Below, in pieces: positions 1-10,881 of a stretch of DNA of 64,000 nt; the first letter of the stretch is position 1; each line of letters starts with the position of its first letter. This stretch comes from a bacterium (GTDB lineage: Bacteria; Auribacterota; UBA6266), in assembly GCA_023228325.1 (NCBI GenBank), contig JALOBK010000001.1:1094133-1158132 (forward strand), in the 5' to 3' direction. Below the pieces are notes generated by a model that was not told where the DNA came from, did not search any database, and saw only the letters and a program-made list of their open reading frames with translations. The translations under genes were made by a program, and so were the position numbers.

Positions 1-67
1 GAACGGTATTATGATTTATGCCCGGGATGCTATAAAACTTTTTTTGACGGTCCGCTGAGAAGCATAA

Positions 68-1087
68 ATGAGAAAAATAATAATAGATGACTGGCAGTAT
101 TTTGAAGAGGAAAACAGAGTTGAGAAAATATTTGTTTTCTCAATAATTTTTTCTGTTTTTCTGCATGTGCTGCTGCTTGTCACGGCTTCCAGGTATATGG
201 GCTTTTTATTCAACGTGTCTTTGCCTGAACCCGCGGAAAAATCCGTGACATTTAATCTTATCGAAGAGAAACCCATAAAGGAAATACCTTTTCTCGATAC
301 GCCGGATACTGTTTCGGAAGAACCCCCCGACATTCCGGAGGCGATATCGGATAAGTCTTCAAAAGCATCTGACCTGCTGAGTTCCGACGCGGGAAAAACC
401 CCCAGGCCTTTCAGCAAAGGAAAGTCGGAACATATGGGCAAAGAAAGGGATTTCACGAATATTGCCGCTAAAACCGAGGCGCTGTCGCCGGAGGCAGATG
501 AAAAAAAATCCGCAAAAGAAGCACCCGTTACCGATAAAAGGATTAAAACGGCTACGGCGGAGGGATTGGTTACTGTTCCCGTTCAGGAAAAGGTGACTGC
601 AAGCTCGCAGAAAGAGGAAAATGCCCAGCGGCAGAAGCCGGAGGTCAAACAGGTAACCCTGAAAACAGCCGATGTTCCGATACCGAGAGTTTCGAGAAGA
701 CTTGAGGATACGATAGACGAGCCGATTTCGGACAGGAAATCGAACGCGGAAATTTTCAATGAGATAGAGTACAATGTGAAATCGGATATCATAGGTCCTT
801 ATGTGAAAGAGGTTAAAAAGAGGATACAAAAACACTGGTATTATTATGTTTATAAAGATAAAATGAATGTCGATCCGGGAGATACCATAATCATTTTTAA
901 GATAATGCCGGACGGCGAACTCAAGGAGTTGACTTTAATCGGGCATAAGGGCAGGGAGATTGACGCCAGGTACGGGCTTTTAGCCATAGAAAAAGCGGCC
1001 CCGTTTCCGGGAATGGAAGAAGAAGTGGCAGGCGCCCTGAGGTCTGACGGTCTTTGGATGACATTTGAGTTTTCATACGGATGGTAG
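68..1087 (+). CDS. TonB/TolA-like energy transducer
   Basis: N-terminal TM helix, long charged/Pro-rich linker, C-terminal TonB_2-like domain (YVKEVKKRIQKHW...IMPDGEL...AIEKAAPFP); followed by exbB/exbD-like genes. Confidence 0.75.
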   Translation: MRKIIIDDWQYFEEENRVEKIFVFSIIFSVFLHVLLLVTASRYMGFLFNVSLPEPAEKSVTFNLIEEKPIKEIPFLDTPDTVSEEPPDIPEAISDKSSKASDLLSSDAGKTPRPFSKGKSEHMGKERDFTNIAAKTEALSPEADEKKSAKEAPVTDKRIKTATAEGLVTVPVQEKVTASSQKEENAQRQKPEVKQVTLKTADVPIPRVSRRLEDTIDEPISDRKSNAEIFNEIEYNVKSDIIGPYVKEVKKRIQKHWYYYVYKDKMNVDPGDTIIIFKIMPDGELKELTLIGHKGREIDARYGLLAIEKAAPFPGMEEEVAGALRSDGLWMTFEFSYGW

Positions 1088-1112
1088 ATAAAATTTTACG
1101 GAGATTTTGACG

Positions 1113-1721
1113 ATGAACTTTTTAGAACTTCTTGTCAGAGGCGGAACAACGATGGTTTTTCTCGTGCTTTGTTCTGTGGTTTCGGTCGGGGTTATTATCG
1201 AGAGGCTGTGGTTCCTGAGGAAAGACCGTGTTATACCTAAACGGATCGTGGATATTTTTGACAATATAGATAATATTGCCGAACACCCGGAAGATGTGAT
1301 AGAGAAATGTGAAAAGGTTTCCAGCCCCCTGTCCAATGTTCTTAAGACGGGGCTTCTTAACAGGGGCCTTTCCAAAGCCGATAATGTTGAGGCGATTAAA
1401 CTTGCCGGCAGGACCGAAATGAAGCTTCTGGAAAAGCACCTCACTCTTCTGGAAGTTATAGGCGTTATATCTCCTCTGCTCGGGCTTTTGGGGACAGTGA
1501 TAGGGATGGTGGAAATCTTCAGTGTTATTTCGCATATGGGCGTTGGGCAGGCGGCCGCATTATCGGCGGGGATATCCAAAGCTCTTATAACAACGGTCGT
1601 CGGCCTGATTATTGCCATACCGAGCATAGTTGCCTACGGATATTTTGACAGAAAAGTTGACGCGCTTGTCCTCGATATGGAAAAACATTCCGCGCAGATG
1701 ATTCACAGCCTTTACCATTAA
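1113..1721 (+). CDS. exbB: MotA/TolQ/ExbB proton channel protein
   Basis: SPLLGLLGTVIGM and GISKALITTVVGLIIAIP motifs; ATG at 1113 has GGAG upstream (ORF track starts at TTG 1107). Confidence 0.9.
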   Translation: MNFLELLVRGGTTMVFLVLCSVVSVGVIIERLWFLRKDRVIPKRIVDIFDNIDNIAEHPEDVIEKCEKVSSPLSNVLKTGLLNRGLSKADNVEAIKLAGRTEMKLLEKHLTLLEVIGVISPLLGLLGTVIGMVEIFSVISHMGVGQAAALSAGISKALITTVVGLIIAIPSIVAYGYFDRKVDALVLDMEKHSAQMIHSLYH

Positions 1722-1726
1722 AAATT

Positions 1727-2167
1727 ATGCAATTCGGCGAAAGAAAAAAACGCAAGGTTATAGTTAACATCACATCTCTCATAGATGTGATGTTTCTTCT
1801 GCTCATATTTTTTGCGGTGACGTCGACATTTCTTGAGCATCCCGGTCTTACAATTGAGCTTCCTACGGCGAAAAGTTCGGATATTGTAGAGACAAAGGAA
1901 ATAATTGTGATTGTCACAAAGGACGGGAAAATACTGGTGAATGATATCGAAGTCGAAACAGGCGACTTTGAAAAGCAGCTTAAAAAGGTTTTTGATAATT
2001 CAAAGGAGCCTACGATGATCTTGAAAGCGGATAAGGATGTATCGTATGGGTTAATCATAGAATTAATGGATTCAGCCAAGAGAATCGGGTTAAAAAAGGT
2101 TGTGGCGTTTACAAAGATCGACCTTCAATCCGGCCCGGCTCCTTCGGAAAAATTAAAACCGTTTTAA
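1727..2167 (+). CDS. exbD: ExbD/TolR biopolymer transporter
   Basis: NITSLIDVMFLLLIFF motif; ILKADKDVSYG. Confidence 0.92.
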   Translation: MQFGERKKRKVIVNITSLIDVMFLLLIFFAVTSTFLEHPGLTIELPTAKSSDIVETKEIIVIVTKDGKILVNDIEVETGDFEKQLKKVFDNSKEPTMILKADKDVSYGLIIELMDSAKRIGLKKVVAFTKIDLQSGPAPSEKLKPF

Positions 2168-2199
2168 CAGTTTCCTGTTGCCGGAAATGAAAATGATAA

Positions 2200-2397
2200 A
2201 AAACCCCTGTTTTTTTATTGGCGGCTGTAACGGCGGCCGGCGCGGAAGAAGGTATGAAAATTGCGGAACGCGCGGGCTTGGAGTGTCATATAATTATAGA
2301 ATATCAAAACAGGTTATCGGAAAAACGATCGAAGGGCTTTAATATTTTCAGCGATTGTACGCCGGACGTGAAATATGAATGTAAAACATCCTCATAA
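2200..2397 (+). pseudogene. Possible C-terminal remnant of ApbE-like flavin transferase
   Basis: Open frame without an upstream start: LAAVTAAGAEEGMKIAERAGLECHIIIEYQNRLSEKRSKGF, resembling the ApbE C-terminal pattern; recognised by eye only. Confidence 0.35.
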
Positions 2398-4384
2398 TCT
2401 TATTGCTGTTGCGGGTATGCTTATTACCGCGGTTGTGCTTCTTATGTATTGTTCCAGTACGGAAGAAGCGCTTTTTAAGAGGATAGAAAACCAGTTTATT
2501 GATTTAAAGTACAGGCTGCGCGGGCCGAGAGACCCCGGTGAAGACATATGTATTGTCGTTATCGACGAAAAAAGCGTTACCAGGCTGGGAAGGTGGCCGT
2601 GGAAACGCTCTGTTATCGGCAAGGTAATTGAATTGGTGAAAAAAGACGGCGCCGTGGTTGTGGGTCTGGATATACTTTATACCGAACCCGCGACTAAAAT
2701 GGACAAAATAGATGTGCTGAATGCCATCCGGAGTCTGAAACAGGAAGACCAGGAACAGGAAGCGAATAAATCATTTTTTGACGCTATCCTTGACGAGGAT
2801 GCCTATCTGAGCGGTGTTATAGCGGAATGCGGCAATGTGATATTGCCGGTGTATTTTTCCATGGAGGGGCAAAGAGCTCTTTGCCGGGATTATTTAAGGG
2901 GAAATGAACTTTCGGCGCTGCAGAAGTTTTCTTATAAGGAATTCGGAGCCTGGGAGAACGGGGAAAAATATCCTCCTGTAATGGCTCCGGGCCTGGCAAA
3001 AACAATTCCGGCGATAGAGAAATCAGTCGCCGGCGAGGGATTTGTCAATGTCCTGACTGATTCCGACGGATGTCTGAGATGGGAAATAATGGCCATAAAG
3101 TACGAGGATTCGGTTTATATGCCCCTTGGGATGCAGGTTGCGGCAAAATTCAAAAACCTGAAAATAGAAGATATAAAGCTTAACTTCAGCGAAAGTATCG
3201 TCTTCGGCGATGTAAATATACCTGTAGACAAGAAGAACAGGATGCTTATCAATTATTACGGGGGGAACGAGACATTCAGGTATTACTCTTTCTTTGATGT
3301 TTATATAGGAGCTTTCCAGAGAGGTTCGTTTAAAGATAAGATAGTGTTGTTCGGGGCGGTTGATCCGGGTATAGGGGATGATTACGTCACTCCTCTTTCG
3401 CGGGTGCTTCCGGGGGTTGAAAAACATGCGAATGTCATAGCGAATATTTTAAATGATGATTTTCTCAGGAAGCCCCGGAACAGCGATATTATCACCGGTA
3501 TTCTTATAGTATTGTTCGGATTTTCCATTTCTATGGCGGGGCGAAAACTGTCTGTTGCCCAATTAACGCTTTTTCCTGTTGTTATAGTCATTGTCTTTCT
3601 TTTTGCTTCCCAGGTGTTTTTTACAAGGTTCAATATATTAGTGGAAGCGGTCTATCCCCTGCTTTCTCTCTTTTTGACTTACGGTGTTGTTATTGTAATG
3701 ACTCTTTATTCCGAGAACAGGGAAAAGAAGAGGATCAGGAAAGTATTCGGCCAGTATGCTTCCAGGGAACTTGTCAAAGAGATTCTGGCGGACCCGTCAA
3801 AACTGAAACTCGGCGGCGAAAAAAGGTTTTTGACAGTTATGTTTTCGGATGTAGCTAATTTTACCCCTCTTTGTGAGAATATGGAGCCCGAGAAAATAGT
3901 GTCCATCTTGAATGTTTATTTGTCAAAAATGGCCGAGGTTATTTATAAGAACGGCGGCATTGTGGATAAATTTCTCGGCGACGGAATAATGTGTGTTTTC
4001 GGCGCTCCGGTTTATAAGGACGATCATGCGATAAGAGCTTGCAGGACAGCGCTTGATATGATTGAAAAAGTTAAGGGAATAAATGAATTCTGGAAAAAAG
4101 AGACCGGTAAGGACATCCATATAAGAGTAGGGATTAATTCCGGGGATATGGTCGTGGGCAATCTGGGTTCTCTTGAAATAATGGATTATACCGAAGTGGG
4201 AGATAATGTAAATCTTGCGGCTAGGCTGGAAGCTACAAATAAAGAATACGGGACGTCCATTATAATAAGCAAAAACACATATGATGTTGTAAAAGATCAG
4301 GTCGAGGTGAGAGAGCTCGGCGCCGTGAAGGTTAAAGGGAAAGAAAAAGAAATCGAGATTTACGAATTAAAGGCCGTCAAATGA
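2375..4384 (+). CDS. CHASE2-domain class III adenylate/guanylate cyclase
   Basis: CHASE2 ([26 protein letters not shown]), 3 TMs, cyclase motifs [28 protein letters not shown]; the Lys suggests ATP specificity. Confidence 0.92.
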   Translation: MNVKHPHNLIAVAGMLITAVVLLMYCSSTEEALFKRIENQFIDLKYRLRGPRDPGEDICIVVIDEKSVTRLGRWPWKRSVIGKVIELVKKDGAVVVGLDILYTEPATKMDKIDVLNAIRSLKQEDQEQEANKSFFDAILDEDAYLSGVIAECGNVILPVYFSMEGQRALCRDYLRGNELSALQKFSYKEFGAWENGEKYPPVMAPGLAKTIPAIEKSVAGEGFVNVLTDSDGCLRWEIMAIKYEDSVYMPLGMQVAAKFKNLKIEDIKLNFSESIVFGDVNIPVDKKNRMLINYYGGNETFRYYSFFDVYIGAFQRGSFKDKIVLFGAVDPGIGDDYVTPLSRVLPGVEKHANVIANILNDDFLRKPRNSDIITGILIVLFGFSISMAGRKLSVAQLTLFPVVIVIVFLFASQVFFTRFNILVEAVYPLLSLFLTYGVVIVMTLYSENREKKRIRKVFGQYASRELVKEILADPSKLKLGGEKRFLTVMFSDVANFTPLCENMEPEKIVSILNVYLSKMAEVIYKNGGIVDKFLGDGIMCVFGAPVYKDDHAIRACRTALDMIEKVKGINEFWKKETGKDIHIRVGINSGDMVVGNLGSLEIMDYTEVGDNVNLAARLEATNKEYGTSIIISKNTYDVVKDQVEVRELGAVKVKGKEKEIEIYELKAVK

Positions 4385-4629
4385 AGGCGGTCAGGGGGTT
4401 ATTAAACAGGTTGTCAAAACGGTTTTCCCGTCTTTTGATTTTTTTAATAAAACTTTATCAGAAAACCTTCAGGTATTTTCCCGGAAGATGCAGGTATTAC
4501 CCTTCGTGTTCCGAGTATATGATAGAGGCGATTGAAAAGAAAGGGATCCTTAAGGGTGTTTTACTCGGGCTTTTCAGGATAATAAGGTGCAATCCGTTTT
4601 CGCCGGGGGGGTATGACCCCGTAAAGTGA
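4381..4629 (+). CDS. yidD: Membrane protein insertion efficiency factor YidD
   Basis: [10 protein letters not shown] and [16 protein letters not shown] motifs. Confidence 0.93.
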   Translation: MKAVRGLLNRLSKRFSRLLIFLIKLYQKTFRYFPGRCRYYPSCSEYMIEAIEKKGILKGVLLGLFRIIRCNPFSPGGYDPVK

Positions 4630-4783
4630 TGCGGCATAGGGGGCCTTTTTAAAAATATTATGTTCAAAGAAGTTTTATTTATTTCATCCGCCGGTATATG
4701 TTATAGCAAGGCGATGATGAGTAGCGGCGGCGGGGACTGATTATAGTAAAAAGTAATTCTTCGGTTAAAATAAGGAGGGGGAA

Positions 4784-5143
4784 GTGCTGAATTTATTTTT
4801 GTATATGACAATCGGGGTTTTTGCGGGGGTTGTCAGCGGTTTAATTGGTATCGGCGGCGGAATTATCATTGTGCCCTGTCTTATTTATATTTTCGGCTTT
4901 TCGCAGCATGCGGCGCAGGGGACTACTCTGGCGATGCTGATTCCGCCCATAGGCATACTTGCGGCTCTGACTTATTACAGGCAGGGGCATGTTGATTTTC
5001 TGGTCGCGGGATTGCTGTGTTTGGGTTTTATCTTAGGCGGTTATCTCGGGGCTAAATTTGCTGTCGGCCTTCCGGAGGTCATTTTACGCAAAATTTTTGG
5101 CGTGTGCCTGTTAATTGTCGCCGGCTATATGATTATCAAATAA
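4784..5143 (+). CDS. TauE/SafE (sulfite exporter family) membrane protein, half-size
   Basis: GLIGIGGGIIIVP motif, AQGTTLA; GTG start with AGGAGG SD. Confidence 0.85.
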   Translation: MLNLFLYMTIGVFAGVVSGLIGIGGGIIIVPCLIYIFGFSQHAAQGTTLAMLIPPIGILAALTYYRQGHVDFLVAGLLCLGFILGGYLGAKFAVGLPEVILRKIFGVCLLIVAGYMIIK

Positions 5144-5232
5144 TTTTCGGGCGATGGGATTTACGCTATCGGCCGCCTGGCGGCAGGACCGATAGCAGAT
5201 AAGTGTATTCTGACGCTTAAGCGGGAGGTGAT

Positions 5233-5868
5233 ATGACGGATATTTTTGAAATCATGAAAAGCAGGAGAAGCGTAAGAACTTTTCGCGGCGATGATGTTCC
5301 CGACAGCGATATCAGAAAAATCATTGAATATGCCGTAACGGCGCCCAGCGGGTCTAACCAGCAGCCATGGAGATTTGTGGTTGTCAGGGACCGGGCATTG
5401 AAAAATTCAATGGCCGGATGCGTAAACAGAAAAATCAGCGCTGTAAAAGGGAACATAAAATCGGCGAAAGCGGAAGAACATTTTAAGGGATACCTGCAAT
5501 ATCTTACATTTTTTCAGGATGCGCCGGCTGTTATTTGTGTTCTGACGCGGCCGCTCCGCTCTGTATTTGAAAATATCCTGCATAAATATATGCCTGAAGA
5601 AGAGAAAGAAGAGCAGTTTTTTGTAGACGCTTCTATCCAGAGTGTTTCCGCCGCCGTTCAAAATCTTCTTTTGGCCGCGCATGCGATGGGTTACGGAACA
5701 TGCTGGATGACAGGGCCCATTATAGCCCAGAGAGAAATAGAGCAGATCCTCGGCATTGAAGAACCCTGGCATCTGACATCCGTTATTCCTCTGGGCAAAC
5801 CCCGCGAGATACGCCCGGGGTATTTTTCCAGAAAACCCGTTGATGAAGTCCTGCTTTTTAAAAAATAA
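5233..5868 (+). CDS. Nitroreductase family protein
   Basis: RRSVRTF, APSGSNQQPWRF, QNLLLAAHAMGYGTCW. Confidence 0.92.
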   Translation: MTDIFEIMKSRRSVRTFRGDDVPDSDIRKIIEYAVTAPSGSNQQPWRFVVVRDRALKNSMAGCVNRKISAVKGNIKSAKAEEHFKGYLQYLTFFQDAPAVICVLTRPLRSVFENILHKYMPEEEKEEQFFVDASIQSVSAAVQNLLLAAHAMGYGTCWMTGPIIAQREIEQILGIEEPWHLTSVIPLGKPREIRPGYFSRKPVDEVLLFKK

Positions 5869-6007
5869 AATATATTTACAAAAAGAAAAGTTTTTGTTTA
5901 AATGTTAACCAGATATTTTCAATAGGTTGACATTTAAAGGCTGATTCTCTGCCGCGGATCATACCCCGTCGGGAGACCGTTGCGGGACAGAAAAGAGTTT
6001 TTCCGGT

Positions 6008-6739
6008 ATGGACAAAGATAAATCCTTTTATAAAACAGGCGCCGATTTTAAAAACGGCGGGAAACCCTTTTCCCTGAAAGGGTTTACGCTTATTGAACTG
6101 CTTGTGGTTATGGCCGTAGTGTCTCTGCTTATTTCTTTTATCGCGCCGGCGCTTTCAAAAGCAAGGAACCATGCCCAGTTGTCGGTATGCATGTCCAACC
6201 TCCACCAGTTATATCTGGCTTTTTCCATGTATTTAAACGATTATGATGAAACATTTCCCGTCAACGGAGATCCTTATCTCTGGATGGGCCGGAATTGGAG
6301 AGAAGTTATTTCTCCCTACCTGTTAACCACGGTTGATTCGGAACGTCCGGATGTCCTTTTTTGCCCGGGAGATAAAGTCGCGAAGGAAAAGTGGGAGGGG
6401 ACATCATACTCTTATTCATGCGCGTTTTACCACAGCCCGTCCCAGATAAACTCAATGTCTACGGAAGACACATATAGTAATGCGTCTCTGAGATGTTATC
6501 CCCAGAAGCTGGCCGCAGTAAGGTTTCCGGAAAATAAAATACTGCTCGGGGAATGGCTCAGCAACCATTATCCGGTTGAAGATGATAATGGATGGTGGTG
6601 CTGGAGCGGTTACAGAAATTTTCTGTTTGTATCGGGGCGGATTAAGTATTTAAAAGCTGAAGACATTATTCCGGCCGGAGACCTGCTTCCGAACCCGAAC
6701 CTGACCGTTGACGGCATCAGCGGCAGGGATACACCTTAA
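6008..6739 (+). CDS. Prepilin-type N-terminal cleavage/methylation domain protein (PVC-type pseudopilin-like)
   Basis: [29 protein letters not shown]; C-terminal NFLFVSG is a degenerate H-X9-DG. Confidence 0.85.
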   Translation: MDKDKSFYKTGADFKNGGKPFSLKGFTLIELLVVMAVVSLLISFIAPALSKARNHAQLSVCMSNLHQLYLAFSMYLNDYDETFPVNGDPYLWMGRNWREVISPYLLTTVDSERPDVLFCPGDKVAKEKWEGTSYSYSCAFYHSPSQINSMSTEDTYSNASLRCYPQKLAAVRFPENKILLGEWLSNHYPVEDDNGWWCWSGYRNFLFVSGRIKYLKAEDIIPAGDLLPNPNLTVDGISGRDTP

Positions 6740-6837
6740 GATTAAAACATTTGTTTCTTCAATTTTCATCCCGGGCACTGTATAATTACTGCACGTTATT
6801 TTCAACGGCTTAACCGTGAATCAGTTTCTGTGGGATT

Positions 6838-7830
6838 ATGAAAAGAAAGGTACTGTTATTATTCCTGTTGTTTGTGCTGGTGTCTTCCTGTCCGGCTTAT
6901 TCGCTGGAAATGGAAGATGAAGACCCTGTAACGTTTTCCATAGATAGAGCAAAACTTCAGGCTTATCTGCTCAATAAGGGGATAACATCCGAAATAGCCG
7001 GCTTTATGGCCTATTCTTTTCTTGTGCTGTTCCTGATGGTTTCCGGGACTGTTGTGTCGGCGTTATATTTTTTCTCGGGTATATACAGGAGGAACACGGT
7101 TCAGCTCGGGACTGTTCCATGGGGCATTTCTCTTTCAATGGCTCTTTTGCTCCTGCTTATTCTTTTTACACTGTTATTCCAGCTCCTTCTCGGCTCACTG
7201 CTGAAAAGCGGGTTTGTGAGCGAGATACCTTCAATGACTGTACAAATGCTTGTGAGCGAGTTAATCATTATTTTTGTCATAGGTGTTTTTTCGGTTATTG
7301 TTTATAAAAAATATTACTGGAAGCTGGCCGCGCTGTTTGAGACAAAGAAGATAAAAGAGAGCATTATGTATGGAGTATTGGCATACATAGGTTTTTATCC
7401 TTTATATATATTTTTAAGCAAAATAACCGCTGTGGTCGCCAGATATTTTGGTTTTCAGCTTAAAATACAGGCGGTTGTCTCCAGCATAAAAGATATAAAA
7501 AGCTTGTGGGAGCTTTTAAGTTACATCCTTTTTATAGTTTTTGTCGCGCCGATAATCGAAGAGATATTTTTCCGTGGTATATTATACAGGGGGTGCAAAA
7601 AATTTCTTGGCGTCGCAGGCGCTTCTTTATTGTCGGCATTTCTTTTTTCCGCCGTACATATGAATCTGCTGAGTTTTTTGCCTATATTCGGTTTAGGGCT
7701 GGCGTTTTGCCATGTTTATGAGAAAACCGGGTCTATATATTCTTCGATTATATTTCATGCGCTCCATAACGCGCTTAGCCTTGCGGGGGCGCTGCTTGTT
7801 TACAGGATGATAAACGTTATAGGCGGGTAA
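6838..7830 (+). CDS. CPBP (CAAX protease-like) intramembrane glutamic endopeptidase
   Basis: APIIEEIFFRG, FSAVH, HALHN motifs; multi-TM. Confidence 0.9.
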   Translation: MKRKVLLLFLLFVLVSSCPAYSLEMEDEDPVTFSIDRAKLQAYLLNKGITSEIAGFMAYSFLVLFLMVSGTVVSALYFFSGIYRRNTVQLGTVPWGISLSMALLLLLILFTLLFQLLLGSLLKSGFVSEIPSMTVQMLVSELIIIFVIGVFSVIVYKKYYWKLAALFETKKIKESIMYGVLAYIGFYPLYIFLSKITAVVARYFGFQLKIQAVVSSIKDIKSLWELLSYILFIVFVAPIIEEIFFRGILYRGCKKFLGVAGASLLSAFLFSAVHMNLLSFLPIFGLGLAFCHVYEKTGSIYSSIIFHALHNALSLAGALLVYRMINVIGG

Positions 7831-7850
7831 GAAGGCGGGGGGGAGCAAAA

Positions 7851-8912
7851 ATGTCTATAGAAGCGGTCAGTTGGAGTAAGGGCAAGGTTAAGTTGATTGA
7901 TCAGACCAAACTGCCGGGGGAATTAACGTATGTTGTGACGGATAACATAGATGTCCTGAGGGATTCAATAAAGAGGCTTGTGGTAAGAGGGGCCCCCGCG
8001 ATAGGGATTGCCGGCGCGTTTGGCGTTGCTCTTGCCGCATTGAAAAGCAAGGCAAAAAATTGCGAAACGCTGAGAAAAGATGTTTTTAAAGCGGCGGATT
8101 ACCTTGCGACTTCCAGGCCTACGGCCGTCAATCTGTTTTGGGCGTTGGAAAGGATGAAAAAAACAGCGCAGGCGGGGAAACTGAAAAACTGCGGAAAAAT
8201 GAAACAGCTCTTGCTGCGGGAAGCCGTGCATATCCTTAATGATGATAAAATGAGGTGTTCCAGAATAGGGAAGAACGGGGAATCCCTTATAAAGGAAGGT
8301 ATGGGAATTTTAACGCATTGCAATGCCGGCGCTTTAGCGACGGGAGGATCGGGAACCGCCCTATCCGTATTTTTTTCTGCAAAACGGAACGGTAAAAATT
8401 TCACTGTTTATGTTGATGAGACCAGGCCTCTTTTGCAGGGGGCAAGACTTACCACATGGGAGTTGCTGCATGAGGGGATAGATACGGTTTTAATCGCCGA
8501 TAACATGGCCGCCCAGGTCATGAAAGAAGGGAAAATCGGCTTGGTTATTACGGGTTCGGACAGGATAGCTTTGAACGGTGACGCGGCAAACAAAATAGGG
8601 ACTTACGGTATTGCGACTTTGGCGAGAGCCCACAGCATACCTTTTTACATCGCGGCGCCGATATCTACAATTGATTTTAATATAAAGACCGGCCGGGAAA
8701 TTCCCATTGAACAGAGAGAAGCCGGCGAAATAACCAGTTGCGGGGGTAAAAAAACAGCGCCCGGAAATGTTAAGGTCTACAATCCCGCATTTGATGTAAC
8801 GCCTTCATCTCTGATCGCGGGCATAATTACCGAAAAAGGGATGATTACGCCGCCTTACAAAAAGAAGATATTGATGCTGAGGGAAAAACAGGGGAGTTAT
8901 GGCAGAAAGTGA
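7851..8912 (+). CDS. mtnA: S-methyl-5-thioribose-1-phosphate isomerase
   Basis: VRGAPAIG, SRPTAVNL, LTHCNAGALAT, ETRPLLQGARLT, NKIGTY, NPAFDVTP. Confidence 0.95.
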   Translation: MSIEAVSWSKGKVKLIDQTKLPGELTYVVTDNIDVLRDSIKRLVVRGAPAIGIAGAFGVALAALKSKAKNCETLRKDVFKAADYLATSRPTAVNLFWALERMKKTAQAGKLKNCGKMKQLLLREAVHILNDDKMRCSRIGKNGESLIKEGMGILTHCNAGALATGGSGTALSVFFSAKRNGKNFTVYVDETRPLLQGARLTTWELLHEGIDTVLIADNMAAQVMKEGKIGLVITGSDRIALNGDAANKIGTYGIATLARAHSIPFYIAAPISTIDFNIKTGREIPIEQREAGEITSCGGKKTAPGNVKVYNPAFDVTPSSLIAGIITEKGMITPPYKKKILMLREKQGSYGRK

Positions 8913-9816
8913 ATTTGGGTTGATAAGAAAGTTTGCCGTTTTGACACCGCGGGCCGGGAGATTAAAAGCGGGTATCGGAGATGATGCTGCCGTGATTAAA
9001 TCCGGCAAAAAAGGGTTTTATGAGCTTTTTACATGCGATGCTCTTGTTGAGGGAGTCCATTTTACCGTTAAGGATAGATTATTTGAAGTCGGATATAAGT
9101 CAGTTGCCGTCAGCGTAAGTGATATAGCGGCAATGGGCGGCCTGCCTGCGGAAGCGGTTGTTGCGGTAGGTATTCCGGGACGTATTTCGGACAGGGACGC
9201 GATAAATATTTATAAGGGTATGCTTAAGGCGGCGGAAAAGTTCGGTCTTAACCTGGCCGGCGGCGATACGGTGAAAAGCAAAGAGCTTTTTATTTCGGTT
9301 GCAATGACCGGATTGGTTGAAAAGAATCGGCTTGTTCTGAGGAAAGGGGCGAAAACAGGTGATGCAATCATGGTGACCGGCAGGCTTGGCGGATCCCTTG
9401 AAAACAGGAAACATCTCCTGTTCCGGCCAAGGCTTTTTGAGGCAAGATACCTTACGAAAAGATTTGTCATCCATTCCATGATAGATGTTTCGGATGGGCT
9501 TGCCGGCGATTTAAGGCGGATCTGCGAGATGAGCGGTTGCGGCGCGGTGATATACCCTGATAAGGTGCCTGTATCCGGGGCGCTGAAGAAATACGGCAGA
9601 CAAAAATCTTTTCAGAGAGCTGTAACTGACGGGGAAGATTTCGAATTGCTTTTTACGGTGCCCGCCGGATCGGCCGGAAGCATTGAAAACGGCATGAAAA
9701 AGTTTTTTAATCTGAAAGCCACCGAAATAGGCCGGATAATAAAAGGCAGCGATGTTATGGTGGAAAAGAATCAAAAAATAACGGCTTTGAACATGGACGG
9801 GTATAAACATTTTTAA
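8899..9816 (+). CDS. thiL: Thiamine-monophosphate kinase
   Basis: GIGDDAA, SDIAAMGG, GGDT, IDVSDGL, GEDFELLFT. Confidence 0.95.
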   Translation: MAESEFGLIRKFAVLTPRAGRLKAGIGDDAAVIKSGKKGFYELFTCDALVEGVHFTVKDRLFEVGYKSVAVSVSDIAAMGGLPAEAVVAVGIPGRISDRDAINIYKGMLKAAEKFGLNLAGGDTVKSKELFISVAMTGLVEKNRLVLRKGAKTGDAIMVTGRLGGSLENRKHLLFRPRLFEARYLTKRFVIHSMIDVSDGLAGDLRRICEMSGCGAVIYPDKVPVSGALKKYGRQKSFQRAVTDGEDFELLFTVPAGSAGSIENGMKKFFNLKATEIGRIIKGSDVMVEKNQKITALNMDGYKHF

Positions 9817-9817
9817 T

Positions 9818-10243
9818 ATGACGGATAAATTTATTTCATACAGTCAGGATGATACCAGGGCGCTTGCCGGAAAGGTCGCGGATAAAATTCAAAAAGGCGA
9901 TGTAGTGGCTCTTTTCGGGGAACTTGGCGCGGGAAAAACCTGTTTTGTCCAGGGATTCGCGAGAGCCTTCGGCATCACCGGAATAGTGAACAGCCCCAGT
10001 TTTGCTATTGTAAATGTTTATGAGGGCAGGATGCCTGTTTATCATATGGATTTCTACAGGATAGACAGCCCCGATGAGATAAGAGCCATTGGGTGCGAAG
10101 ATTATTTTTACGGTGACGGCGTGTGCTTTATCGAATGGGCGGAAAAAGCGAAAGGTATAATACCGCCGAACAGAAAAGAAATTTATATAAAGATAATCAA
10201 TAAAACGGAAAGAGAAATTAAGATAAAAGGTTTTAATCTTTAA
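9818..10243 (+). CDS. tsaE: tRNA threonylcarbamoyladenosine biosynthesis ATPase
   Basis: GELGAGKT, SPSF, HMDFYR, IEWAE. Confidence 0.95.
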   Translation: MTDKFISYSQDDTRALAGKVADKIQKGDVVALFGELGAGKTCFVQGFARAFGITGIVNSPSFAIVNVYEGRMPVYHMDFYRIDSPDEIRAIGCEDYFYGDGVCFIEWAEKAKGIIPPNRKEIYIKIINKTEREIKIKGFNL

Positions 10244-10881
10244 TGAATGTGCTCAGCATTGAAACAACTTCGGAAAGAGCGAGTATTGCTTATTTGAAGG
10301 ATTGCGAAGTCATATCGCAGCGGGTTATCAGCGAACGTTTGAATTCAAGGCAAACGCTTCTGCAGAGCGTCAGGGACATTTTTGCCGAAGCGCCCGGTTC
10401 GTTAACTGACGTAGATTCTATTGTATGCGGAACGGGTCCGGGCTCTTTCACCGGCATCAGGCTGGGGATGGCTTTTACCGCGGGGATTTATTCGGGTATG
10501 GGTAAAAAGGTTGAAACCTGCGGTATCGCCGCCAATGATTCCATTGCCTATGCCTGTTGTTCTGAGGGGCTGAATGCCGGCAGGAAAATAATAACCGTGA
10601 TAGATTCAAAAACCGGTTACAGTTTTATCAGGGAATATTCAGGTCATGCCGAGCCGCTGGGTGAAATACAATTACTTCCGGACGCTGAGATAAAGGCAAA
10701 ATACGAGAAAGATTTTTTCGCGGGGATATTCCCCGAAAAATTCAAAAGCGCGCCTGAAGACAAAAAAAGCATTTTCCCGGACGCGGTTTATTCCGCCGCT
10801 TTATTTTTCCGGAAACCGGATATGCGCAGAGTGTTGAAGCCGGTTTATATGATGGACTTTAAGCCGGGGGGTTCCAGATAA
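10243..10881 (+). CDS. tsaB: tRNA threonylcarbamoyladenosine biosynthesis protein TsaB
   Basis: LSIETT, GPGSFTGIRLG; follows tsaE. Confidence 0.88.
   Translation: MNVLSIETTSERASIAYLKDCEVISQRVISERLNSRQTLLQSVRDIFAEAPGSLTDVDSIVCGTGPGSFTGIRLGMAFTAGIYSGMGKKVETCGIAANDSIAYACCSEGLNAGRKIITVIDSKTGYSFIREYSGHAEPLGEIQLLPDAEIKAKYEKDFFAGIFPEKFKSAPEDKKSIFPDAVYSAALFFRKPDMRRVLKPVYMMDFKPGGSR

Noticed and set aside
4710-4745. GGCGATGA upstream of a transporter, resembling a fluoride riboswitch start
   Set aside because: Lacks the pairing TCGCC and the downstream CTGATG-type pseudoknot segment in the right arrangement; the downstream gene is not crcB/eriC
5150-5196. GGCGATGG plus GCTATCGG/CCGATAGC hairpin before the nitroreductase
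   Set aside because: Consensus riboswitch elements are missing and there is no T tract; treated as an unassigned hairpin
5927-5932. TTGACA upstream of the first prepilin-like gene
   Set aside because: No acceptable -10 at 16-18 bp spacing
6838-7830. CPBP protease as the sorting enzyme for the PEP-CTERM proteins
   Set aside because: About 30 kb away in a housekeeping operon, with no exosortase motifs; no sequence support
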